Of a DNA stretch of 64,000 nucleotides, positions 49,656-61,398 are shown piece after piece (the first letter of the stretch is position 1; the number at the start of each line of letters is the position of its first letter). Origin of the DNA: Squalus acanthias. Taxonomy: Eukaryota. The DNA is taken from assembly GCA_030390025.1 (NCBI GenBank), contig CM059432.1, positions 71,736,001 through 71,800,000 of the forward strand, read 5' to 3'. The notes below the pieces were generated by a model. The model did no database searches, was not told the origin of the DNA, and saw nothing but the letters and a program-made list of their open reading frames with translations. The position numbers and the translations under genes were made by a program.

Positions 49656-49789
49656 GTATACACACACTCTCAGGTCTCTCTGTTATGCATCCACTTTAAA
49701 ATTGCCCCATTTAGTTCATATTGCTTCTCCTCATTCTTCCTACCAAAATGTATCACTTCACACTTCTCTGCGTTAAATTTCATCTGTCA

Positions 49790-52700
49790 TAGACTACATC
49801 TTCAAGGGAGAACCAGACCAAATACAGTAAGTTGAGAGGGGATGTGAAGATGAAAATAAGATTGGCAAAGAGAGAATATGAGAGTAGAATGGCAGTTAAC
49901 ATAAAAGGGAACCCAAAAATCTTCTACCAGCATGTAAACAGTAAGCGGGTAGTAAGAGGCGGGGTGGGGCCTATTGGAGACAAAGAAGGTGATATATGCT
50001 TAGAGGCGCAGGGAAAGACTAGAATACTCAATGAGTACTTTGTATCAGTGTTTACTAAGGAGGTGGATGCTGACAAAATATCGGTAGAAGTGGAAAAGGT
50101 AGAAGCAATGGAAGGGGTGAAAATTGACAGACAGGATATAGTAGAAAGGCTGGGTATGCTTAGAGTGGACAAGTCACCTGGTCCAGATGGCTTGCATCCC
50201 AGGTTGCTAAGGGAATTGGGGGAGGAGATAGTGGAAGGGCTTGCCATAATTTTCCAATCTTCCCTAGATGCGGGGGAGGTGCCTGAGGATTGGAAAGTGG
50301 CAAATGTGACACCATTGTTCAAGAAAGGGTATAAGGAAAATCCTAGTAACTACAGGCTGGTCAGTTTAACATCAGTGGTGGGTAAAGTTTTAGAAACAAT
50401 AATCAAGAAAAAAATTAACGGGCACTTGGAGAGATTTAAGCTAATTAAGAAGAGCCAGCACGGATTTGTAAAAGGCAGACTAATCTAATTGAATTTTTTG
50501 ATGACGTAACAGAGAGCATTGATGAAGGGAATGCAATGGATGTTGTCTACATGGATTTTCGGAAGGTGTTTGACAAAGTACCACATAGAAGGCTGGTTAA
50601 CAAAATTGAGGCTCATGGAATAGGTGGGTCAGTGGCAGCTTGGATAAGGAATTGGCTTAAGGACAGAAAACAGTGAGTTGTGGTAAATGGCTGTTTTTCA
50701 GACTGGAGGATGGTAGACAATGGTGTTCCCCAAGGGTCAGTGCTGGGGCCACTGCTTTTTTTGATATATATAAATGACCTGGATATTGGAATACAGAGTA
50801 GAATTTCTAAATTTGCCGATGACACCAAACTAGGGGGTGTGGCAAACAGTGATGATGATACTAATCGACTGCAACAGGACATAGAAAGGCTGGCAGAATG
50901 GGCAGACAAGTGGCAGATGGGCTTTATAAATAGAGGTATTGAATACAAAAGTAGAGAAGTTATGCTGAACCTTTATAAAGCGCTGGTTAGGCCACAACTG
51001 GAGTATTGCTTCCAGTTCTGGTCACCACACTTTAGGAAGGATGTGAAGGCCCTTGAAAGGGTGCAGTGGAGATTTACCAGAATGGTTCCGGGGATGGGGG
51101 ATCTTAACTACAAGGACAGGTTGGAGAAGCTGGATTTGTTTTCATTAGAGCAAAGGAGGTTGAGGGGTGATTTGATAGAGGTATACAAGATTATGATGGA
51201 AATAACAACAGAAAACGCTGGAAAAACTCAGCAGGCCAGGCAACATCCGTGGAGAGAGAAACAGAGTTAACGTTTCAGGTCGAAACCCTTCGTCGGAACT
51301 GAGAGAAGAGCAGGAAATTAAACAGATAAAAATGCAAGGGGGAGGCTGGGGGGAGGAATAAAAGAACAAAAGGGGTGGTCTATGGTAAGTAGAGACATTA
51401 AGAGATGCTCAAGGCAAGACAAGATGGTAATGGGACAGGTTAAGAAACAAAAGGTGAGGTGTGAAATGCTGGCAGAATGAGAGACAGCTGCCGTAGGGGG
51501 AGAGAGAGAAAAAAAAGGGGAAAAAGGCACAGACCAAAAGGGTGGATAAAATGTATATATATGTGGTTGTGATCTGAAATTGTTGAACTCGATATTGAGT
51601 CCGGAAGGCTGTAAAGTGCCTAAACGAAAGATGAGGTGCTGTTCCTCGAGCTTACGCTGAGCTTCCGTGGAACAATGCAAGAGGCCAAGGACGGTGAGGT
51701 CTGAGTGGGCATGAAGGGGTGAATTAAAATGACAAGCGACCGGAAGCTCGGGGTCACCCTTACGGACTGAACGGAGGTGTACCGCAAAGCGGTCACCCAA
51801 TCTGCGTTCGGTCTCCCCAATGTAGAGGAGACCACACTGTGAGCAGCGAATACAGTATACTAGATTGCAAGAAGTACAAGTAAATCGCTGTTTCACCTGG
51901 AAGGGGTGTTTGGGGCCCTGGAGAGTGGGAAGGGGGGATGTATAAGGGCAGGTGTTGCATCTCCTGCGCTTGCACGGGAAGGTGCCGGGTGAAGGGGAAG
52001 GGGTGCTGGGGGTGATAGAGGAGTGGACTAGGGTGTCTCGGAGGGAGCGGTCCCTACGGAATGCTGAAAGGGGAGGTGAGGGGAAGATACGTTTGGTGGT
52101 GGGATCACGTTGGACATGGCGGAAATGGCAGAGGATGATCCGTTGAATGTGGAGGCTGGTGGGGTGAAAGGTGAGGACAAGGGGAACTCTATCGTGGTTC
52201 CGGGAGGGAGGGGCCGGGGTGAGGGCAGAAGTGCGGGAGATAGAACGGACACGGTCGAGGGCCGTGTCGACCACGGTAAAGGGGAATCCTCGGTTGAGGA
52301 AAAAGGAAGACATGTTGAAAGCACTGGTATGGAAGGTGGCATCGTCGGAGCAGATGCGGCGGAGACGGAGAAACTGGGAGAAGGGAATAGAGCCCTTACA
52401 GGAGGCGGGGTGGGAGGAAGTGTAGTCCAGGTAGCTGTGGGAGTCAGTGGGCTTGTAGTGAATGTTGGTCAATAACCTATCCCCAGAGATGGAGACGGAG
52501 AAGTCGAGGAAGGGAAGGGAAGAGTCGGAGATGGACCATGTGAAGGTGAGGGAAGGGTGGAAATTGGAGGCAAAGTGAATGAAATTGTCTAGTTCGGGGC
52601 GAGAGCAGGAAACGGCACCGATACAGTCGTCAATGTACCGGAAAAAGAGGTGAGGGAGGGGACCCGAGTAGGACTGGAACAAAGAGTGTTCCACATATCC

Positions 52701-53515
52701 CACGAAAAGGCAGGCATAGCTAGGACCCATGCGGGTACCCATAGCAACACCTTTGATTTGGAGGAAATGAGTGGAGTCAAAGGAGAAGTTGTTCAATGTG
52801 AGAACAAGTTCAGCCAGGCGGAGGAGGGTGGCGGTGGATGGGGACTGGTTGGGCCTCTGTTCAAGGAAGAAGCGGAGCACCCTCAGGCCATCCTGGTGGG
52901 GGATGGAGGTGTAGAGGGATTGTACGTCCATGGTGAAAAGGAGGCGGTTGGGGCCAGGAAACTGGAAACTGTTAAAGTGGCAGAGGGCGTCAGAGGAATC
53001 GCGGATGTAGGTCGGAAGGGACTGGACAAGGGGAGAAAAAATAGAGTTGAGATAGGAAGAGATAAGTTCCGTGGGGCAAGAGCAGGCTGAAACGATGGGT
53101 CTACCAGGGCAGTCCTGTTTGTGGATCTTGGGAAGGAGGTAGAAGCGGGCTGTGCGGGGTTGGGGAACTATGAGGTTGGCGGCCGTGGGTGATTATGATG
53201 GGTTTGGATAGGCTAGACGGGGAAAGGCTGTTCCCACTAGTTGATGGTACAAGGACTAGGGTCACAGATTTAAGGTTTTGGGCAAGAGATACAGGGGGGA
53301 TGTGAGGGGAAACTTTTTTACGCAGTGAGTGGTGAGGACCTGGAACTCGCTGCCGACGGAAGTGATGGAAGCGGAGACACTCAATGTTTTCAAGGGGAGA
53401 CGGGATAGGCACCTGAGGGAAATAAACTTGCTGGGCTACGAGGATAGAGCGGGGGAATGGGACTGACTGGATTGCTCTACAGAGAGCCGGCGCGGACTCA
53501 TTATGTTATGACTCT
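49790..53515 (+). mobile_element. CR1 family Y ORF2 and 3' end, split by Penelope (segments 49790-51199 and 53191-53515)
   Basis: ORFs 49832-50488 and 50680-51200; EVYKIMM|GLDRL continues across the insert. Confidence 0.9.
51200..53190 (-). mobile_element. Penelope-like element family A, 5'-truncated; hammerhead variant at 51265-51300
   Basis: 11-bp TSD GATTATGATGG at 51189-51199 and 53191-53201; ORF 51318-52931 with RYIDD and GIY-YIG; CCGACGA-A-GGGT(TTCG)ACCT-GAAACGTT. Confidence 0.95.
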
Positions 53516-54065
53516 ATGTCTGCCCACTTTACCAGTTTGTCTACGTCATCCTGAAGTCTGTTACTATCCTCCTCATTGTTTACAACATTTCCGAGTTTCA
53601 TATCATCTGAAAACTTTTAAATTATACCCTGTATACTCCAATCCAGGTCATTAATATATATCAAAAAGAGCAGTGGTCCTAATACCAACCCCTGGGGAAC
53701 ACCACTGTATACCTCCCTCCAGACTGAAAAAGAACCATTCACGACTACTCTCTGCTTTTTGTCCCTTAGCCAATTTTGTATCCATGCTGCCACTGTCCCT
53801 TTAATCCCATGGGTTTTAAATTTGCTACCAAGTCTATTATGTGGCACTTTGTCAAACACCTTTTGAAAGTCCATAAGCACAACATCAATCGCACTACCCT
53901 CATCAGCCCTCTCCATTACTTCATAAAAGAACTCAAACAAGTTAGTCAAACACAAATTGCCTTTAACGAATCCTTGCTCATTTATTAGCTTATACTTTTC
54001 CAAATGCCAATTAATTTTGTCCCGGATTATTGTCTCTAAAAGTTTCCCTACCACTGACGTTAGGC
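53515..54065 (-). mobile_element. CR1 family Y RT fragment
   Basis: LTSVVGK...[11 protein letters not shown]...GVPQG in ORF 53617-54204. Confidence 0.85.
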
Positions 54066-54130
54066 AAAAGGTCTTTATTTTTTTGTTTTTTGAATAAAAA
54101 ATGGTTTTACTGTTTCTGTACGTATTGCAG

Positions 54131-55133
54131 AATGCTGTTAGTCCTTTACACTTAGTGATGGAGGCTGTGTTAAGTGCTGCGCCGCCTTCCTTTTTCCTTA
54201 ACATGCCATTGTCAACCTGGAGATCAGCTTGTCACCCTCGGTCCATCTTACCAACATTTGGAAGCAAGCAGAGTGCACAGCGGGATCCCATCCTAAACAG
54301 ACAGCAAGTTGTGCTCGGCACCATTAACATCATTCAAAATGTATTGCTGTATGTAAATGAAGTTCAATCATATTTTGTGCAAGAGTGTTTTAGGCCAAGC
54401 TAAAAAGACCACTGGAAGATTGCATTCTGTCCTAATGGAGCAGTTATCCAGCAAATGAGATCCCCACCCAATTTCTCAGTCCTCACACAGACATCCTGCG
54501 CAGATTGGACAGATCCCACCAAGTGGAAAATATGTGCTTATATTTTAAAAACTGAACCTGGATAGGGAAGGCTTTATGTATCACAATTTCTTCAACACAT
54601 TTCAACTATAGTCCTGTGACCTCATTTGTACCTAATTTTAAAAATGTCTTACAGTAGAACAGAGCTTGAGTTTCGAGCCACAGCAAAACCCTTTACTGAT
54701 AATTATTATTGCTGCTTTATATGTGAATGCCTCATCCAACCACTCAGCTTATTTTAACTCATCCACCCAAAAATAAAAAGCTTACATATTCTCTCAACAC
54801 ATCATGTAACTGAATCCTGAAGGCATCTAAAGCTTTTTCCTCCACTACCTAGAAAACATTTAAGATAATTGGCAAAAGAACTAGAGGAGAATCGAGGGCA
54901 ATTTTTTTATGCAGCGAGGGCTATTTCTCTCGGGTTTACCTGCCAGATAAATGATTTCAAACGTATAAGCAGTTTTAAAAACCTGAGAGAAATAGCCAGT
55001 GAGAATCAGCAGAGGATGAAAACAGAACTTTGCCAAGCTCATGCGCCTCCTTTCAAAATAAGGAGAGAACACAAATACACAGCACGATTACTTGCAATGA
55101 AACACAGACATCAATTCCAGCTGTTAGTACAAG
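54131..55133 (+). pseudogene. Candidate large degraded exon(s) F
   Basis: TTGCAG| acceptor; the same frame is open 54131-54562 with one stop and again 54869-55133 (LAKELEENRGQFFYAARAISLGF...HRHQFQLLVQG); donor AAG|GTGATG, phase 1; middle part has several stops. Confidence 0.5.
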
Positions 55134-55471
55134 GTGATGACATCAAATACAAGACTGCTTTGAGTGCATTGGAATGCATTGCCTGAAAGGGCGGTGGTCG
55201 CAGATTCAGTAGTAACTTTCAAAAAAGAATTGGAATATATACTTGCAAAGGAAAAAAAATGCAGGGGAGTGGAACTAATTGGATAGCTCTTACAAAGAGT
55301 CAGTACAGGCGCCATGGGCTGAATGGCCGCCTTCCATGCTGTAAGATTCTGATTCTACACCTTACCCAGAAGACCATTTAAAATGTTAATCACTTTGGTT
55401 AAATTTCTTCCTGATATCTGTCCTAAGTTCTTTCACCAGTATTAGCTTATGCCCCTCTTTCTAATGTCCAG

Positions 55472-55753
55472 GGTTCTGTTAAAAAAGAATCCTGCCATCC
55501 TTTGTAAACTTTGCATCCGTGAAAAATTATTTAAAAATACTGCGCAGATACTTCAACTGGGCTTTTTCAGCTCGGGTAGAAAAGTTTAGAATTTTCACCC
55601 AAGTTGTAGTAAACATTCCTGTTTTGCAGAATAGTTCCTTAAGCTTACACATAGACAAGAAAAAAGAGCATGAAATTTGTTGTTTTTGTGGCAGTTCATT
55701 AAGATCCAAATATGTGCCACTGATGAATCTCTGCAAAGAAGAAAAATTGGAAG
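55472..55753 (+). pseudogene. Candidate exon G (3' boundary uncertain)
   Basis: CTAATGTCCAG| phase 1, matching exon F; FC*KRILPSFVNFASVKNYLKILRRYFNWAFSARVEKF..., open about 90 codons in AT-rich DNA. Confidence 0.5.
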
Positions 55754-56199
55754 GTTGTAAAAAAATATATACTTTTTAACAAATTCTAATAGTGATAATA
55801 TTGTTGATCTGACCAGTGATTCTGATTTTTCTTTTAATATACTACTAATTAAACCTATATTGCATACTGGAGAAACCTTTTTCCATAGTCAAGCATAATA
55901 GTCAAGTATAATTTTTAAAAGTGCAATATTTTCATTAAAATGTATTTGGTGAACTTTTTTATTTGCGAAAAGAGAAGAACCAGAGGAAAAGTATGTTACT
56001 TTTGACAGTTATGTCACCGGCAAGTGATGACACTTTTCAGCATAATACACATATTTATGCGCATGAACAGTTGAGAAAATGATTTGCCAAACACTTTCCT
56101 GTTAAGAGTTGTGCGGAATTCAATTTTCCTGCCACCCATATAAACAGACCACGTAGCCACAAGGGCCACAAAATGTAGCAGCTGCTGAACTGAAATGTC

Positions 56200-57368
56200 A
56201 ATGACCAAAACAGTATACAGTACTCCAAGTGTGGTCTCACCAAAGCCCTATATAATTGCAGCAAGAGTTCCTTACTGTTATACTGCAACACCCGTGCAAT
56301 AAAGGCTAGCATACCATTTGGCTTTCTAATTGCTTGCTGTACCTGCATATTAACTTCCTGTGATTCAGGTGCAAGGACCCCCCAAATCCTTCTGAATATC
56401 AATATTTACTAGTCTCTCAACTTTTTAAAAAATATTCTGATTTTCCATTCTTTCTACCAAATTGGATAATTTCACACTTCCCCACATTATACTCCATCTG
56501 CCACCTTCTTGCTCAATCACTTATCTGGTCGATAACCCTTTGCGTCCTCCTCACAGCTTACTTTCCCACCTAGCTTTGTATCATCAGCCAACTTGGATAC
56601 ATTAGATTGTAAATAGCTGAGGCCCAAGCACTGATCCTTGCGGCACTCCACTAGTTACACCCTGCCATCCTGAAAATGACCCATTTATCCCTACTCTCTG
56701 TTTTCTGTCTGATAACCAATCCTCAAGCCATGCTAATATATTACCCCTGATCCCATGAGCCCTAATCTAGTGTAACAACCTCTTGTGTGGCACCTTATCA
56801 AATGCCTGCTGAAAATCCAAATATACTACATCCACTGGTTCCCCCTTATGTACTCTGCTAGTTACACCCTCTAAAAACTCTAATAGATTTGTTAAACATG
56901 ATTTCCCTTTCACAAAACCGTGTTGATTCTGCCTAATCATATTGTGATTTTCCAAGTGCCCTGTTGCCACGTCCTTAATAGATTCTAGCTTTTTCCCTAC
57001 TACTGATATCAGGCTAACTGGCCTGTAGTTCCCTGTTTTCTCTCTCCCACGTTTCTTGAATAGCAGGGTTACATTTGCTACCTTCCAATCTGCGGGGACC
57101 GTTCTGGAATCTAGGGAATTCTGGAAGATCAAAACCAATGCAATCACTATCTCTACCACCACCTCCTTTAAAACCCTAGGCTGTAGGCTATCGGGTCATG
57201 GGGATTTGTTGGCTTTTAGTCCTATTAATATCTCCAGTACTTTTTCTTTACTAATATTAATTACTTTAAGATTCTCACTAGACCCTTAGTTCTCCATTAT
57301 TTCAGGTGTGTTCTTACTGTCTTCTACTGTGAAGACAGACACAAGATATTTGTTTAACATCTCTGCCA
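56200..57368 (-). mobile_element. CR1 family Y ORF2 fragment
   Basis: ORFs 56767-57162 and 56055-56402. Confidence 0.85.
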
Positions 57369-57467
57369 GAAGCCTTTCCAGCTAATCATGCTATATGTAT
57401 GCCATTCTCACTTCCTGCCACCCTCCCCTTACCTTAACCTGACTCTTGTGCCTTTATGCTTTCAGAT

Positions 57468-58106
57468 AATCAGCAAGCATCTGAGCAGCCTGTCCCTGAG
57501 GACACCGTGGGGACCCAGACCTCATGCCCCGTGTCATGGGTGAGATGGCAGCAGCTATTGCAGCACAGGCTGAAGCAACGCAACAGCTTAATGCTGTGAT
57601 GGAGTCAGTGGTTGGTGCCATCCAATGTCAGACTGCTTTCATGCAGTTTCAGATTGATGTCACGCAAGCACTGACTGCTGCCATCTTCGCTGGGTCGCCC
57701 ACAGTCAACCGGGGATCTCACAGTGCTGCAGATTGCTCCGGATGCTGAGGTTCTGCCCCGGGGGAATGGCAGTGTGTCAGTCGAGCAGGAAGGTGCTGTC
57801 CTCTCTCAGGATGACAGCATTCCTGCTCCCACCACTGCCATCCTGCCATTGCACTTGTCGCAGCCTGTAACCCAGCCATCCCAGACTGCTGCCGCCCATG
57901 CTGAGGTGGTGCAGTCTGCAGCCAGGCCTTCCAGGCCCAGAGCTGATCGAAGGCGTCCTGCAAGGCCATCTGCAGTCTCTGGCTCCCAGACTCAGCAGCC
58001 TTTCACCAGCCTTGCTGCAGCCACTGGGGCCACATTATGGAGGAGCAGTAGGGTTGGGAGGGGGGATCTCCAAAGGGGAGGGAAATCATTGAAGAAGGGG
58101 GAGTAA
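57468..58106 (+). pseudogene. Probable last exon of the Harbinger accessory (Myb/SANT-type) protein
   Basis: TTTCAG| acceptor; Ala/Gln-rich helical then low-complexity sequence; convergent with the transposase. The Myb domain itself is not visible. Confidence 0.45.
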
Positions 58107-58214
58107 AGAATACTTTATTAGCAAATGGGGGTAGTGTGTATTAATAAATTGATGTGTTTGTAAATATATTGTGTTTCTTTATAAATAGCTGTGTTTCATA
58201 AGAGAGAGTTGTGT

Positions 58215-59496
58215 TCAAGAATAAATTGTTAATTTGGCGTTGCACATTTTGTGATGTTTCTCATTTGACCTTTGCCCGGTGATGGGGGCTGCGAGCTGGA
58301 TGTAATGATGTGGTTGTGCTGCGCAAACGCCATGTGCTATCTCATTTATTGAAAGCGTGTCTAATGAGGCACCCACGCACGACCCTTGCAGAAGCAAGAT
58401 TGAGCGGCTCCCTCCTCCGTTGCTGCTGCTGCTCCTCCTCTTCATCCTCCTCCTCTGCCTCATCCTCCTCCTCTGCCTCATCTCCTCTCCCTCTTCCTCC
58501 TCCTGAGGTGGACTTGCAATCCCTGGTGGCAATGGCTGGGCCCTCAGAATGACTAGGTTGTGGAGCATGTAGCACACAACGATGAAAAGGGAGACTCGAT
58601 CAGGGGAGTACTGCAGGGTTCCTCCAGAGCGGTCAAGGCAGCAGAACCGTTGCTTCAGCACGCCGATAGTCTGTTCGATCAGGTTCCTGATGGCGCTATG
58701 GCTGTCATTGTATGCGTGCTGAGCAGGAGTGTTGGGGTTGCGGAGGGCTGTCATCAGCCAGGTGGTGAGTGGATAACCCTTGTCTCCGAGCAGCCAGCCG
58801 CGAGTTACATGTGGTGGGTGGAACAGGATAGATGCATTGTGGCTGCTGCCAGGATACTGGACATTGACGGCGAGGATGCGCTGTCTGTAGTCGCACACCA
58901 ACTGAATGTTCAGAGAATGGTAGCCTTTGCGGTTACAGAACATCTCTGTATTGTGATGAGGTGCCCGCAATGCCACGTGGGTGCAGTCAATGGCGCCCTG
59001 AACCATGGGGAAGCCCACTATCCTTGAAAAGCCACATGAGCGTTCATCCTGTTTCTCTCTGGTTATGGGGAATGAGATGTACTCCCTTCTCCTTCTGTTA
59101 CCTCCCGGATGCAGCAATGGACGGCGAACTGCAAAATGTTTGCAATATCCCCTGTTGAAGCCTGGAAGGAGCCGCTGGTGTAGAAATTGAGAGCAACTGT
59201 GACCTTAACTGCCAGTGAGAGAGACGTCCTGGTCCTAAGCTGAGGCTGGCGCTCTGGCTGCAGGAGGTGGCAAACCTCTGTGACCACCTCCTTGCTGAAG
59301 CGGAGCCTTGTAAGGCACTGCTTCTCTGACAGATGAATGCAGGAGAAGTGCTCCCAGAAAGCCCTGGGAGGGTAAGGCCTCCTGTTGATAGCCCTGTTGG
59401 CCCTCCTCCCTCTGGCCACATTTTGCAATCTTTCTGCCTTCGCTGCCTCCGACGGTGACGCCGGAGGGCGAGGTCCAGTGCCAGTACAGCTCCCAT
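58215..59496 (-). pseudogene. Harbinger (HARBI1-like DDE) transposase, frameshifted
   Basis: AVKVTVALNFYTSGSFQ, GFPMVQGAIDCTHV, NRKGYHSLNIQLVCD, YPGSSHN, WLLGDKGYPL, RNLIEQTIGVLKQRF, MLHNL. Confidence 0.92.
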
Positions 59497-59981
59497 TAAA
59501 TGATGGAAAAGTTGCTTCATCAAATGTAACCCAAATGAAAGTGATAAATGTTTCTCAGCCAGAATACTCCTTCAAGTTGAAAACGGTCAAATGGGTCAAA
59601 ACGCCTGTCTGCTTGCGTCAAACTGACAAGGTAGCATTGTTTGCCAACAAAAAAAACCCCGGAAGTTGATCCCTTTATATAGCGCTCTTCCAGCGCTCAT
59701 CCGACTGCAAACCGCCTCCCTGTACCTGTCATTGCTAACGGCAGGCGCTCAGGCAGGGGGCGAGAGTGAATTTCTGAGCCGGGGCGCTTCGCACCTTGAT
59801 GACGTCATGATCTCCGGGCATAGGAGATCGTGGCACTAGTGGTTACCGCCACCACAAACCTCCAGCTCAATCTCGTGGCCGTCGGTACTAGCGCCGCACC
59901 CAGTCGCAAAGCCGGTAGCGCAACGTTGGCGCCTCCACGGAGGCACTAACGGGAGGTGCAAAGGCACCCAATTTCTCCCCC

Positions 59982-60210
59982 TGAACACCTTGACTGCTAC
60001 TGGTAGTGGCATACCTATGGTAGAGATTGGCTGCAGGTCTTCTTGAAATAGCTCAGTTATTGCCTCCCAGCTGAATGTGAGCCTGCAAAGACAGTGCTTC
60101 TCATTAATTGCTAGGTAGCTGTGTCTTTCAGATGGCACATTGGCAGATGCTAATAGTCCACCTCTGGTGTTATCTGACATCTCTGGCAACCTTTCTTTGT
60201 TCCTCTTCAT
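59982..60210 (-). pseudogene. Older Harbinger transposase N-terminal remnant
   Basis: SYLAINEKHCLCRLTFSWEAITEL...LQP...LPVAVKV aligns with HLSEKQCLTRLRFSKEVVTEV...RQP...LSLAVKV. Confidence 0.7.
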
Positions 60211-60829
60211 CCTCCTCCATTTAGTCAGGTGACAGGGAAGAAATGAAACATAGAAGTGTCTTCCAGCAACAACAAAATTAACATTGCTGCTGTAAGGTTT
60301 TACTTCCTGATACGTTAGAACTTGGCTGGTCTCTAACACCCCTTTGAAAAGGATGAGATTAGCGCACTGTGCAAAGTGTGGAGAAAGCAATATAAGTAGC
60401 ATTCATGAGCATATTTGCATTGATAATCAGCTGAATGCACAGTTTGTGCCAGAAAGCATACCACTCACTTACAAGCCCTGTGATTTAACAATAGTAGGCA
60501 GAACTGTGTTCAGTAAATGAAAAGTGCACAAATTTAGCAACATTGCCAAATTGATGCTCCTAACTGCATTATTGCCACTGCATAAGTCATTACAGCATTT
60601 TTTACACTATGGTACTGCAGACTTGGTTAAGTGTGGCAAGTGACTGAAATCAATGCAGATACAACAACCTACATTTATATAATTCCTTTAATATAATAAA
60701 ACATTCCAAGTTGCTTCACAATGGATCAAGTGGTAATTACAGAATTAGGAGAGTTGACTGAATGCATGGTCAAAATAATGAAAGAATTATCGACTAAAAG
60801 GACGCAACTCCTCCAGTCACATTTGTGTA

Positions 60830-61090
60830 TAACCAATAAATCGACAGGAAAGAAACCTGAACTACTGAAATTCTGGGACAAACAAGAAGTTGCTTATTTA
60901 AGGGAGCTTTTATTTGAAAGAGCTCTGCCTACTACTGTTAAATCACAGATGAGACCATTTTAAGGTTGAGACCCAGATGACCTCCAAGCTCTCTTCTCAG
61001 ATCTGCAGTCCTGTTACGTGAAACTTCACACTGGAAGTGGAGTCTCCAAAACACTACCTCTTAGTGTACTGGTTTCTAGCAGACTCCATG
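60830..61090 (+). pseudogene. Candidate exon H (boundaries uncertain)
   Basis: One frame: KPELLKFWDKQEVAYLRELLFERALPTTVKSQMRPF*G*DPDDLQALFSDLQSCYVKLHTGSGVSKTLPLSVLV. Confidence 0.5.
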
Positions 61091-61398
61091 TAATTTGCCT
61101 ATGAATTTTTTTTTCTGTATCAGTCCTTTGATGTCAATTATTTTTGTGCTTTCTATTATGTTATGACAATACCTAACGAGGAGTCTGGGTTGAGTATTTT
61201 CTATTTGTAGTCTGTTCCAATCTGAAATGTAAAAAAATATAGTTATTAAGATATAAAAAACACAAGTGGTAGAGTTTCCACTTTGGGCGCAATTGGGAAA
61301 TTGCACCCAAATTGCGCTTGAAATTGCACTGGTTAGGTTACAGTTCACGTTTCCACTAAAATTTATTTGCATAATCACAAATGTAAAATCTTCCATGA

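Larger units (their letters stand above)
57370..59981 (-). mobile_element. Decayed autonomous-type PIF/Harbinger transposon (one TIR at 59981, other end lost)
   Basis: TIR GGGGGAGAAATT with a subterminal region shared with MITE family 1; transposase plus a convergent second ORF remnant. Confidence 0.85.
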
